64,000 bases of DNA from an uncultured Chloroflexia bacterium (GTDB lineage: Bacteria > Chloroflexota > Anaerolineae > B4-G1 > SLSP01), in assembly GCA_963751345.1 (NCBI GenBank), contig CAVVUS010000047.1, positions 32,001 to 96,000 of the forward strand, given 5' to 3'. Of the stretch, positions 48,846 through 58,358 are shown piece after piece; the first letter of the stretch is position 1, and each line of letters begins with the position of its first letter. The notes beneath the pieces are model-generated. The model did not search any database. It had not been told where the DNA came from and worked only from the letters and a program-made list of their open reading frames with translations. A program made the position numbers and the translations under genes.

Positions 48846-49924
48846 ATGCGTAGGTTGCTGAGTTTGGTGGTACTCATCGTGTTGCTGCCGGCCCTGCCCC
48901 AGGGCCCTGTCAGTGCATCGCCCCGGGCCGCTGCTGCAGATGTAGTCGACGCGGTGCTCTTCTATCGCCCGGATTGCCCTCACTGCCACTACGTGCTGAC
49001 GGAGGTTTTCCCCCGCTTCAACAGCAGTACGGCGACAGGCTGGTGATCCTGGAGATCGACACGACGACACCGCAGGGCGATGCGCTCTGGCAGGCGGCCC
49101 TCGCGACCTACGATCTCTCCCGCGGCAATCCCCCGCGGGTCGGGGTGCCGACGCTGATCGTCGATGGCGAGAACTTGGTTGGATCGCAGGAGATCCCGGA
49201 GCAGTTCCCGGCGCTTATTGAGAAGTACCTGGCAGAGGGCGGTGTAGGGTGGCCCGACCTGCCCGGCATCGATACAGCGATCGCCAACCAGTCGTCCGGC
49301 GAGCCTGCGTCGAGCCAGGGTCTGTGGGCGACGGTTGGGGCACGGTACACTCGCGACCTCGCCGGCAACATCCTCGCCACCATTGTGTTGATCGTACTGC
49401 TCGCCACGCTTGTGGCGGTGATCCGCCCGCGGGAATGGCAGATGGCGTGGGCCAAGCGCGTGGGGTCGATCGGGTTGTTGGTTGTGATCCTCATCGGCAC
49501 GGGGGCTGCCGCGTATCTGACCTACGTGGAGACCACCGGGAATACAGCGATCTGCGGGCCTATCGGTGACTGCAATTCGGTCCAGCAGAGCGAGTACGCC
49601 TTTCTTTTTGGCTTCCTCCCGGTGGCAGTGCTGGGGCTGATCGGCTATCTCGGGATCCTTCTGGGCCACATCTATGTGTCGTGGATCCGCGGGCCTATGT
49701 CGGACCTCGTTTCGGCGGTCGTCTTCGCGATGGCCCTGATCGGGCTCGCCTTCTCGATCTACCTAACCTTCCTAGAACCCTTCGTCATCGGCGCAACCTG
49801 CGCCTGGTGCCTGACATCCGCTGTCTGCATGATCATCGTGAACCTGCTAACCGCCGGTCCTGCCTGGCGCGGGCTGCAGCAGCTCGGCCTCATCAAGGCA
49901 ACTCGTGATCAGTCTGGGGCCTGA
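48846..49924 (+). CDS. Thioredoxin-like domain fused to vitamin K epoxide reductase (VKOR) family domain, frameshift near 49010
   Basis: Signal peptide, FYRPDCPHC, GVPT cis-Pro loop; VKOR ICGPIGDCNSV and CAWC. Confidence 0.87.
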
Positions 49925-50472
49925 GCGGTCACGTTCTGGGTAACCGCCGTCTCTGTAGCCTGAACGAGTGCATCAAAGGTGGTGGGGCTGGCATCGATGG
50001 GCCCCGATGTGTACGGGACGTACCCGGGGAAAGCGAAGACACGTCGCCATCGTGCGTGCGTTCCGTCCAGGGGGATGAGGTAGGTGGCTGCCTCCAGGAA
50101 CGGGTGCCGTGTGTGAATTTGCACCGGCTCGGCGAACCTGACCTCAAGCATGCGGGCCTTGCTGCGGTAGGTGTCGATGCTTTGCTCCGACAACGCCACC
50201 TGCCACTCAAAACCTGCCGGCTGTGAGACGGCCTCCGCGAAGGCATCCATCACGGGGTCATAGCCCTGGTCGCCGGGATGTAGCGTTACGGTCTCGCCGT
50301 CCCAGTAGATGACGATGGCCTCTGCCCGCGCATCAAAGCGGTGGAGAAACCAGAGCGGGTCCTCATTGGTCAGGGCTGTCACCGCCCAGACAATGATTAC
50401 CGCAATGACGCTCACGGTCAGGAGCGCAGTGAGAAGCCTGGGCTGACTTGGTTTCACAACAGCATCTTTCAT
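49909..50472 (-). CDS. Hypothetical membrane-anchored protein
   Basis: N-terminal TM helix followed by a soluble domain (EDPLWF). Confidence 0.7.
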   Translation of the reverse strand: MKDAVVKPSQPRLLTALLTVSVIAVIIVWAVTALTNEDPLWFLHRFDARAEAIVIYWDGETVTLHPGDQGYDPVMDAFAEAVSQPAGFEWQVALSEQSIDTYRSKARMLEVRFAEPVQIHTRHPFLEAATYLIPLDGTHARWRRVFAFPGYVPYTSGPIDASPTTFDALVQATETAVTQNVTAQAPD

Positions 50473-50569
50473 CCTTCAATAACTCCGTCGGTTCATGTAT
50501 AGATCCTAATGTTACCTCTCCGTCCGGCGCGGACAATAGCCGGGAGTAACGAGCAGCCTGTACCCAGCG

Positions 50570-51004
50570 CTAGACGCATGATTCCGCGAGGCGACAGGCC
50601 TGTCGAGGCACCAGCGGATGTACCGTCACCCAATTAGCCGGACCGACGCTGCAGTCGGCGATGCGATCCAGAATCTCCTCCAGATCATCCGGGGGATAGC
50701 CCTTGCTGACGAAGGCGTCCGGACACACCGAGCGCGCGTCGTCCTCTGCCTCCGGTCGACCGCTCAGGATGACGATGTAGGCCTGGGGCCAACGCTGTCG
50801 CAGCGCCGCTGCCGCTGCACGGCCGCCGCCTCGGGGCAGTGACCAATCCACCAGCGCGACATCGATCTGAGGGAGGGCAGCCAGTCTGTCCAAGTCGGCG
50901 ACTGATGTTGCTTGCACGATCTCGGCCCCTTCCTGCCGCTGCCGCACCAACAGCGTGAGGGCCGATCTTACCTTCGGCGCACCATCCGCGATCAGCACTC
51001 GCAT
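50570..51004 (-). CDS. Single-domain response regulator receiver protein
   Basis: MRVLIAD, LVDWSLP, ILSG, FVSKG. Confidence 0.8.
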   Translation of the reverse strand: MRVLIADGAPKVRSALTLLVRQRQEGAEIVQATSVADLDRLAALPQIDVALVDWSLPRGGGRAAAAALRQRWPQAYIVILSGRPEAEDDARSVCPDAFVSKGYPPDDLEEILDRIADCSVGPANWVTVHPLVPRQACRLAESCV

Positions 51005-51181
51005 TCTACACCTCACCCAGCCCGGCCCATCCTCCTTCTACTTCAAGGATAGCCTTTGGTGATCGTTGTGGCGCCCTGCCAATGGCGGGAAACGAGGTTG
51101 GACACGTGGCGAGACCCGGACCTGGTCGGTTGGACAGGTGCCTGCTGTCGTGTGGCGTGGGGAGGCGGAGCAGCCCGGGGG

Positions 51182-51823
51182 CTAGACGAGGTCGTTCTGG
51201 AGCGCGATGGCCACGGCCTCGGTGCGGCTATCGGCGTTGAGTTTGCTCAACACATTGCTGACGTGGAACTTCACTGTGGACCGGCTGACAAAGAGCCGTT
51301 CCGCGATATCCGGATTGCTCAAGCCTTCGGCCATGAGCTTCAGGACCTCTCGCTCGCGCTCCGTCAGATCCTCGCCCACCGTCGGCCTGTGCATTGCCGC
51401 CTGGATCAGGGCCTCTGCTGCCTCGGGCGCCAGGGTAGGGCGGCCGGCTCGGGCCGACCGGATGGCGTCAGCCAAGTCGCCTGCCGACACGTTCTTGAGC
51501 AGATAGCCGATCGCACCTGCCTGGAGCGCGCTCTGGACGAGGTTCTGCTCCTTGAAGCTGGTGAGGGCGATGACCTGCGTGTCGGGCCACCGCTCTCGGA
51601 TTGCTTTCGTCGCGGCCGCCCCGTCCAGTCCGGGCATCACGAGGTCCATCAGGATGACGTCGGGGTGGTACTTCTCGCACATACGGATGGCTTCGGCACC
51701 GCTGGCGGCGTCGCCGACGGGCACCAAATCGTCGTAGACCATCAGGAAGGCGCCGAGACCACTGCGCACGACCGCGTGGTCGTCCACGATCAGCACACGT
51801 ATGGGTTCTCGATCGGTCGTCAT
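51182..51823 (-). CDS. NarL/FixJ family response regulator
   Basis: VDDH, LMDLVMP, LLK; Lux[13 protein letters not shown]...TVKFHVSN. Confidence 0.95.
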   Translation of the reverse strand: MTTDREPIRVLIVDDHAVVRSGLGAFLMVYDDLVPVGDAASGAEAIRMCEKYHPDVILMDLVMPGLDGAAATKAIRERWPDTQVIALTSFKEQNLVQSALQAGAIGYLLKNVSAGDLADAIRSARAGRPTLAPEAAEALIQAAMHRPTVGEDLTEREREVLKLMAEGLSNPDIAERLFVSRSTVKFHVSNVLSKLNADSRTEAVAIALQNDLV

Positions 51824-51944
51824 TCGTCCACTCCTCGCGCACTTCTGCCGAATCGAGCTTCATTGTACCACAGAAGGTGCGCCGAGCTCAGCATCCGAAC
51901 CTTGCTGGGCTTCCGAAACCTTCGCGGGATTTCCCGAGCGCGAG

Positions 51945-52505
51945 CTACCGGCGCGAGAAGCCGTGACGTCCCAGCCGTCTGCCCAGCGCCCAATACGACG
52001 AGTGGAGATAGCAGAGCGGATCCAGGGTCTCCACAATCACCTGCCCCTCCCCATCCAGCGCGTCCTCAGCGACGTGCACGGCCAGGGCTTCACCGAGGAA
52101 GAGATCGTGGTCACCGATTTCCTGGATGCCGATCACGCGACATTCGATGTTTACAGGACATTCCGCGATCAGGGGGGGGCGTACGTGGTCGGCGGGCACG
52201 GGCGTCAGGGGAAGCACGTCAAACTTGTCGACGTTGCGCCCCGACATGGTGCCGCAGAGATCGACGGCCCGGACCATCGCAGCGGTCGGCAGGTTCACCA
52301 CATATTCGCGTGTCGCGCTGATGAGCTCGTGGGAGTAGCGTTCCTTGCGGATAGCGATCCCCAGGATCACGGGCGTCGCGATGCTGACGTTGAAGATCTC
52401 GCCCAGGGTGAGGACGTTCGGTTTCCCGTCGACGCTGATCGAGGTGACCAGTCCGGCAGGCGAGGGGTAGACGGGACGGAACGGTTGGATCGTGCGCTTT
52501 TTCAT
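51945..52505 (-). CDS. Flavin reductase family protein
   Basis: YPSPAGLVT, CGTMSG...DKF, PLIAECPVNIEC, GDHDLFLGE. Confidence 0.9.
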   Translation of the reverse strand: MKKRTIQPFRPVYPSPAGLVTSISVDGKPNVLTLGEIFNVSIATPVILGIAIRKERYSHELISATREYVVNLPTAAMVRAVDLCGTMSGRNVDKFDVLPLTPVPADHVRPPLIAECPVNIECRVIGIQEIGDHDLFLGEALAVHVAEDALDGEGQVIVETLDPLCYLHSSYWALGRRLGRHGFSRR

Positions 52506-52541
52506 AGATTCCTTTCTGTTATGTGTTAGGGCTCGTAGTGC

Positions 52542-55038
52542 CTACTTGCTTTCGATTCGCAGTGTGCCGAGGGGCACAAGATCGTCGGGCAGCTGCCCAT
52601 CGGGCCCAAAGGCCGCCAATCGTGTGCCGTCGTCAGGGCGGTAGAGGCCGGCCCACAAAGGGTAGACCCCCGGCGGCAGATCCGCAGGCAGGTGCAACGT
52701 ATGGACATCCGGTATCACGTCGCCGGCGCGCCACGCCGAGGTCGGGTACCATCCTGCCCGTGGTTGGCTATCCTCCTGGGCCAGCGGGGAAGGGGCGCCC
52801 GGCTGCCAGAGGTGCACGAAGGCGACGTAGTCCTGCGTTGGTGTCGAGGTCGCGGCCCAGTTCAGTGTGACGTCGACCTCGCTCCCCGGCCGTGCCGCGC
52901 CGGGGCTCTGGTATCCGGTAAGCGTGATACCGTCGTCAAAGGACGTGGGCGTGGGTTGGGCAAGGTCCGACGGCTCGCCGTCGCGAGGCACAACGCTTAT
53001 CTCGCCGACCACCGGTGGGTCAAGGGGGTGGCCGTCCGCGTCGTGGGCGATCAGCCGGTCGCCGGTCTCGGCATCAAACAGGCCGACCTCTACCCGGTAG
53101 CGGATCGGTGCCGCGGCCCACCCGGCAACCTCGCCGGTGTAGGTGTCGCAGAAGGCCTTGCCCGGCACCCACGCGCTGGTGGGGTACTTGCCGAGGCCGG
53201 GATACGTATGCCGCTCCATCACACGGCTCTCCTGCGGGCCGATCAAGTGCACGAAGACCGTGTAATCCCGATCCATGGGCGCCAGCGGCGTCCAGCACGC
53301 CGTGACACTCACCTGGCCGCCGGGTGCTACGCGGTCGGGGCTGACCTCTGCGCAGAGGAGTTGGGCCAGCCCGTCATAGCGCAGGTCGGTGGGCGCCGTG
53401 CAGGCGGCGCTGACCTCTGCCGGTGATTCCAGGCGTGGGGGCGCGAAGGTCGCCGCGATGCGCGCGCCTGGGGCGAGCGTGGCCAGCACGGCGCAACCCG
53501 CGGGGAGCGCCCGCATGATGACTTTCCCGATCTGCGGGCGGCGTTCGACCAACTGCCTCAAGCCGAGGCCCACGAGCAGTGCCCAGGCACCCAGGGCCGG
53601 GAAGAGGAGGCGACCGTGGGGGGCCTCCACCTCCTGCATCCAATGGACCAAGGCTACGGCGATTCCCAACAGCCAAAGGAGTGATAGCGTGCCCGAGAGC
53701 GTGGCAAGATCCGCGTCTGTCCGTGGTCGCAGCGCGCTGTGGTTTTTTACCGACTTTCCCCAAGACCGCCACAAATGGGCAGCGGCCAGCACGAGCAGGG
53801 GCAGCGTGACGCCCCAGAGCACGACGTAGACACCCGTGGGCCACGTCACGTGACCCCAACCGTAGGCGCCCCAGAACGACCGAGCGAGCAGTGGGATTTC
53901 GGGCAGAAGCTGCACGAGGGTTGCAGGCTCAGCACGTCCCCAGAGGGTCTGCGTGTGGCTCGTTAGCCCAAGCGGATCGCCCCAGCGCAGTGCGTTCCGC
54001 AGGTACCACCAACCGCCGACCAGCGCCGTCGACCGCCAGATAGACGGCGGCGACGCCGGCGATCCACGTCACCCGGCGACCCCGTGGCAAGGTCCCCGTC
54101 CGGCGCCACGCCGCCCATAGCATCACCAGCGCGAGTACGCCCGCCATAGGCAGGACGCTTGTCTTCGTCAGTGCCCCAAGCCCCGCTATGACACCCGCGA
54201 TGGCAGCGGTCCCCAGCATGCCGGCGGGGTGGGGGTGCCCAGGATTGTCGGACGGAGGGCGCGCGCGCTCTGCGATGGGCGGCGAGTGCGCAGGGTCTGC
54301 TGCCATGCCGGAGTTGACGACGAGCGCATGCGGGCGAGACCCCGCAGATGCAGCGGGGCAAGCTGCCCGCGGTCCAGCTGACCGTGGGCCAATCTCCTGG
54401 CGCACGCCAGTACTCTGGCGCATGACCCGCACCGCGAACCACAGCCCGACTGTCGCCAGCGCCGCCGCAGCACTATCGTTGCTTACCACACCGGAAAGAA
54501 AGACAAACTGCGGCTGGAACGCCACAAGCGAGGCAGTCACCAGAGCCCAGCGACGACTGCGGGTCGTCTCATAGGCGAGGCCCCACGTGGCGGCTACAGC
54601 TACCAAGCCGAAGAGCCACGACGCCAGCCGCGTTGCATGGATGGCGCCCGCTGCGCCGGTCCACGCCCAGGTATACGGGAGGTGGATGAGCATGTTCTTG
54701 TTATCGGCCGACGTGCCCGGCGCCTGGTATCCGAAGCCGGGATTGTGTTTCAGAAGGGTGGCGAGGTCGTCATCACGGAAGCTGCGGCTGATCGCCGCGG
54801 CTACCCCATAGTAGAGCGGAGGTTGGGCGACCTCCTGATTGGCGCCACTTTCATCGTTGTCGAGCGCCGGGAGGCCGTGCCCTTCGGCGATCCAGCGCAC
54901 GTAGGCATAGTGCCAGACCTCATCCGGGGCCTCGAAGATGGGCGTGGCAAGCGTGTGGAGCAGCACCAGGAGGGAGAACGCGCTGCACAGGATGAGCAGC
55001 ATGGGCGGGGCGATCTTGGTTTGGGATTGCTTGGACAT
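52542..55038 (-). CDS. GT-C glycosyltransferase (family 39/ArnT, DUF2142-like) with two C-terminal beta-sandwich domains; frameshift near 54030
   Basis: PIFEAPDEVWH, QPPLYY, VSND, LTK, GWWYLRN...GDPLG, GRLLFP; DYTVFVHL and DYVAFVHL repeats. Confidence 0.85.
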
Positions 55039-55092
55039 CACCATCTGCCCGCCAGTATAACACCGATCATCCGATGGACGATGACCACGGCT

Positions 55093-55126
55093 AACCTTGC
55101 GAAGGTCCCGAAACCTTCGCAAGGTT
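55093..55126. repeat. REP-like palindrome family B
   Basis: AACCTTGCGAAGGT-cccgaa-ACCTTCGCAAGGTT, perfect 14-bp stem. Confidence 0.8.
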
Positions 55127-55186
55127 GCCACCGTCTGGGGGGCAAGTACAATGGCGATAGGACAGGTCAGTCGGTGGAGGAGAACG

Positions 55187-55564
55187 ATGGAACAGAACGA
55201 AGACGAGCGTGATCAGCCGCAGAGCGATGAGCCGAAGGACATCCCAACGCCTCCCCAGACCTGGGGACGCCAGCTCGTCGGAGCGTTCATCGGGGGTGGG
55301 CTCGCGCTGGTGGTCGGCGCCGGAGCGCTACAACTGGGCTGGATCCAGGGGAACCTGGTGCGGTTTGCGCTATGGGGCGGCGTGATCGGCGGCCTGATCG
55401 GAGGCTCCGAGGCCCTGGCTGCCGCCGGCAGACGGTTGACCAAGCGAGATAACGCCGTACTCAACGTCGCTGTCTCGCTGGTGGGGATGGTGGTGATTTT
55501 CACCGTGCTATTCGCCCTGGTCTACTGGCTGAGCCTGTTCATACGCCAGATTATGGGAAGCTAG
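55187..55564 (+). CDS. Hypothetical membrane protein
   Basis: GGAGGAG RBS; three hydrophobic segments. Confidence 0.75.
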   Translation: MEQNEDERDQPQSDEPKDIPTPPQTWGRQLVGAFIGGGLALVVGAGALQLGWIQGNLVRFALWGGVIGGLIGGSEALAAAGRRLTKRDNAVLNVAVSLVGMVVIFTVLFALVYWLSLFIRQIMGS

Positions 55565-55602
55565 GTGCTCTCGCTGCGTCGCACAGAGGCGCGACCCACA
55601 AA

Positions 55603-55632
55603 GACGCCCCCGGCCTACAGGCCGGGGGCGTC
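55603..55632 (-). terminator. Intrinsic terminator between convergent genes
   Basis: GACGCCCCCGGCC-taca-GGCCGGGGGCGTC followed by TTT on the minus strand. Confidence 0.7.
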
Positions 55633-55662
55633 GCTCATGCTATGGTGACGACGAGACCCTAC

Positions 55663-56538
55663 CTAGCTCCCGTCCTCGGCGGGGACCTCGTACTCCTCTG
55701 TCTTCGACCGCAACTCCAGAATCTCGGCCATGTTGGCATGCACACTCGTGAAAGACTCAGCGGCCAACTCGACCTCGCCCGCGACGATCGACTCCCAGAT
55801 CACGCCGACCATCAGCAGGGATAGGTTGAAACTGGCTACTGCAATCGGGCTCTTGGTCGGCACGATTACGGTGACGTCGGCTTCACGCGCCGGCAGGACG
55901 GTGCCCGAGTTCGTGATGCAGACGGTCTTAAGGCCCTTCTGCCGCGCCAGGCGGACTGCATAGCCCGTGTCGAGCCCCGGAATCCCGATGGCCAGGGCCA
56001 GGAGGGCTTCGCCCTCGTTCATCTGAGCGACCGCGGCTGCGGTCTCGGAGATGCTGGGCTGGAAATGGACTGCGGGAATGCCGACGGTGGGGTCGAGGCT
56101 CTTGGCCAACCAGGCCGCCATGTCGTGAGACGTGAACTCGCCGGTAACCCATATCCGGGTTGCCCCCTTCAGGATCTCCGCGGCCTTGGCCAGGGACTGT
56201 GTCTCGGTCGTGCGGAAGTGCTGAAGCTGCTGTTGAGTGTTGTCGAGGATGACGTTGATGACGTCCTCCTCGGTCTTGGCCTCCTTGGCCTCCCGATAGG
56301 TCGCGGTGACCTGATCGCGTACGTATCGCTTGATCTCGCGCGAGAGCTCGCGATAGCCTGAGTAGCCGATTTCCTGAGAGAAGCGCACCACCGTGGCAGG
56401 ATCCACGTTGACGCGGCGGGCTAGCTCGCTTGCAGTGAGGAAGGCAGCGTCCAGGGTATTCTGCATGATGAAGTCCGCTAGCTTCCTGAAGCCAGGGGTC
56501 AAGGCGTCGTAATACTCACGAATGCGTTCTTTAAACAC
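55663..56538 (-). CDS. MurR/RpiR family transcriptional regulator (copy 2)
   Basis: HTH ELARRVNVDPATVVRFSQEIGYSGY plus SIS-like domain; GAGGAGG RBS, GTG start. Confidence 0.9.
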   Translation of the reverse strand: MFKERIREYYDALTPGFRKLADFIMQNTLDAAFLTASELARRVNVDPATVVRFSQEIGYSGYRELSREIKRYVRDQVTATYREAKEAKTEEDVINVILDNTQQQLQHFRTTETQSLAKAAEILKGATRIWVTGEFTSHDMAAWLAKSLDPTVGIPAVHFQPSISETAAAVAQMNEGEALLALAIGIPGLDTGYAVRLARQKGLKTVCITNSGTVLPAREADVTVIVPTKSPIAVASFNLSLLMVGVIWESIVAGEVELAAESFTSVHANMAEILELRSKTEEYEVPAEDGS

Positions 56539-56689
56539 GTTCGACCTCCTCTTTCTACTTTGCTGGGTTAGATGTATGGCTTCGTTCGGTCTGCCCGGTT
56601 CAGGGCCATTCAGAACCGGTTAGCCACTGCGTAATGCAAGAGGCACGCTTTGAGCAGTGCCTGATTGCTGAGTTGGGTTGCGCGGACTA

Positions 56690-57586
56690 TCAGCTCTGCC
56701 CAACGTTCTCCTTCCAGATATTCTGTGGCCCGGCGACCTCGTATTCAGGCGTTTCGGCCCTCAACTTGAGCAGCTTGCCCATCTGTTTGCGGAGCGCCTC
56801 GGCGTGGCGTCTCATCTCTTCTGTGGCCGGGGTCATCAAGGCCTCCCAGATGAGGCTGGTGACCTCCATCATAGGGCCGAAGGAGGGGACGCCCGCGGGG
56901 CTCTTGTGTGGAACGATGACGGTGACGTCGGCGAGGCGCGCCGGAAGAGCCACGCCGGAACCCGTGATTGTGACGGTCTTCAGACCCAGCCCCTTGGCCA
57001 GCCGCACGGCGTAGCCAGCATCGATGCTGGGATCGTTACCTGCAAAGGTCAACAGCACATCGCCTTCCTGCATCCGCGCCAGGGCGGTGCCGGTGCTTGC
57101 CATACTCGGTTCGAAGGCGACGGCCGAGAAGCCCTGGCTGACGAGCTTTTTCGCCAGGAATTCGGCGATGTTGTATCCGGTGTACTCACCCGTGCACCAG
57201 ATCCTCTTTGCCTCTCTGAGGACATCGACGGCCTCGACCACGCTCGCCATATCGGTGGTGATGAAATACTCGACGTTCTGCTGGGCGTTCTCGATGAGGC
57301 CGCGCAAGGTCTCCTCGGTGGATCCTGCCTCCTCTACCTTGCGGTAGGAAGCCGTGACGCGATCGCGCACATAGCGCTTGATCTCCCTTGAAAGCTCCCG
57401 GAAGCCGGAGTAACCGAGCTCCTGGGCGAATCGGACAACCGTTGCCGGATCGACGCCTACTCGTCTTGACAGCTCTGTTGCCGTCAGAAATGCTACGTCC
57501 AGGGTGCTGTCCATGATGAAGTCGGCGAGTTTCCGGAAGCCAGGGGTCAACTCATCATAGTTTTCCCGTATACGGTCTTTGAACAT
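56690..57586 (-). CDS. MurR/RpiR family transcriptional regulator (copy 1)
   Basis: HTH ELSRRVGVDPATVVRFAQELGYSGF plus SIS-like domain; GGGAGG RBS. Confidence 0.9.
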   Translation of the reverse strand: MFKDRIRENYDELTPGFRKLADFIMDSTLDVAFLTATELSRRVGVDPATVVRFAQELGYSGFRELSREIKRYVRDRVTASYRKVEEAGSTEETLRGLIENAQQNVEYFITTDMASVVEAVDVLREAKRIWCTGEYTGYNIAEFLAKKLVSQGFSAVAFEPSMASTGTALARMQEGDVLLTFAGNDPSIDAGYAVRLAKGLGLKTVTITGSGVALPARLADVTVIVPHKSPAGVPSFGPMMEVTSLIWEALMTPATEEMRRHAEALRKQMGKLLKLRAETPEYEVAGPQNIWKENVGQS

Positions 57587-57677
57587 TGTCGGCCTCCCAC
57601 TGTATGTACCGCAATCCAGCCGTACTGCTGCCGCATAGTCCATACCACTGAACTGAGGAATATTTTGTTTCACCATG

Positions 57678-57706
57678 ATTCTAGCACTCAAAAAGCCATA
57701 TGTCAA
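57678..57706 (-). promoter_or_regulatory. Near-consensus sigma70 promoter for the rpiR pair
   Basis: TTGACA-17 nt-TAGAAT with TG extension. Confidence 0.75.
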
Positions 57707-57796
57707 GCATTTGTTCACCAATCCAACATAAAATGGGTTGGGGATGCATAGGCCTGCGCTTGATCTGTAGGCATGGAAGGCTACAATTACCTGCTT

Positions 57797-58354
57797 ATGA
57801 AGCGAAGCGGCTTACTTTGGTGGCTGGGGCAGGTTTCAGCTAGCGCGACGCTCGTCCTGGCTGCTTCCGGCTGCGGTGTTCCGGGCGTGAGCCTCGTCAA
57901 TCCACCAACGCCGACGCCAGGGGTGGTATCCCAATGGGCCGTCACAGCAACGGCCAGCTCGTCCTATGCCTATCCCGACTGGAGCCCAAACCGGGCCACC
58001 GGCGCACCGGAGATCGATGGGTGTGCTGATGACCCGCGAGCCTGGACGTCGGCGCGGGGCAATGGCGTCGAATGGCTGCAACTCGATTACGCGCGCCCCG
58101 TCTTCGCCTCCGAGGTACGGATCTACCAGAGCTATGGCCCAGGTGCGATCTCGCGGGTTACGTTGATGGACGCCGAGGGAGACGGCCTGGTCGTCTGGGA
58201 AGGCATCGACAACACGGAGCCGTGCCCGGCAGTCCTCAGAATCCGCGTCCCCACGCTGCCCGGGCCGGTCAAGACGGTGCGCATCGATCTGGATGAGTCC
58301 CGGACCGGCACGTGGGACGAGATCGATGCGGTGGAGCTGATCGGCGCGCCTTGA
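57797..58354 (+). CDS. Putative lipoprotein with discoidin/galactose-binding-like beta domain
   Basis: Lipobox-like LAASGC; QWA..ATASS.Y...WS...ATG.P, EWLQLDY, EIDAVELIG. Confidence 0.75.
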   Translation: MKRSGLLWWLGQVSASATLVLAASGCGVPGVSLVNPPTPTPGVVSQWAVTATASSSYAYPDWSPNRATGAPEIDGCADDPRAWTSARGNGVEWLQLDYARPVFASEVRIYQSYGPGAISRVTLMDAEGDGLVVWEGIDNTEPCPAVLRIRVPTLPGPVKTVRIDLDESRTGTWDEIDAVELIGAP

Positions 58355-58358
58355 CGCG

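Noticed and set aside
10975-54030. Programmed ribosomal frameshifting or phase variation at the split genes
   Set aside because: No shared slippery heptamers or long homopolymers, and these families are not known to be recoded.
56575-56665. Hairpins between the two rpiR genes as a riboswitch or sRNA
   Set aside because: Short stems (CCGGTTC/GAACCGG; AGGCAC/GTGCCT) match no family I recognise and may be a terminator or chance pairing.
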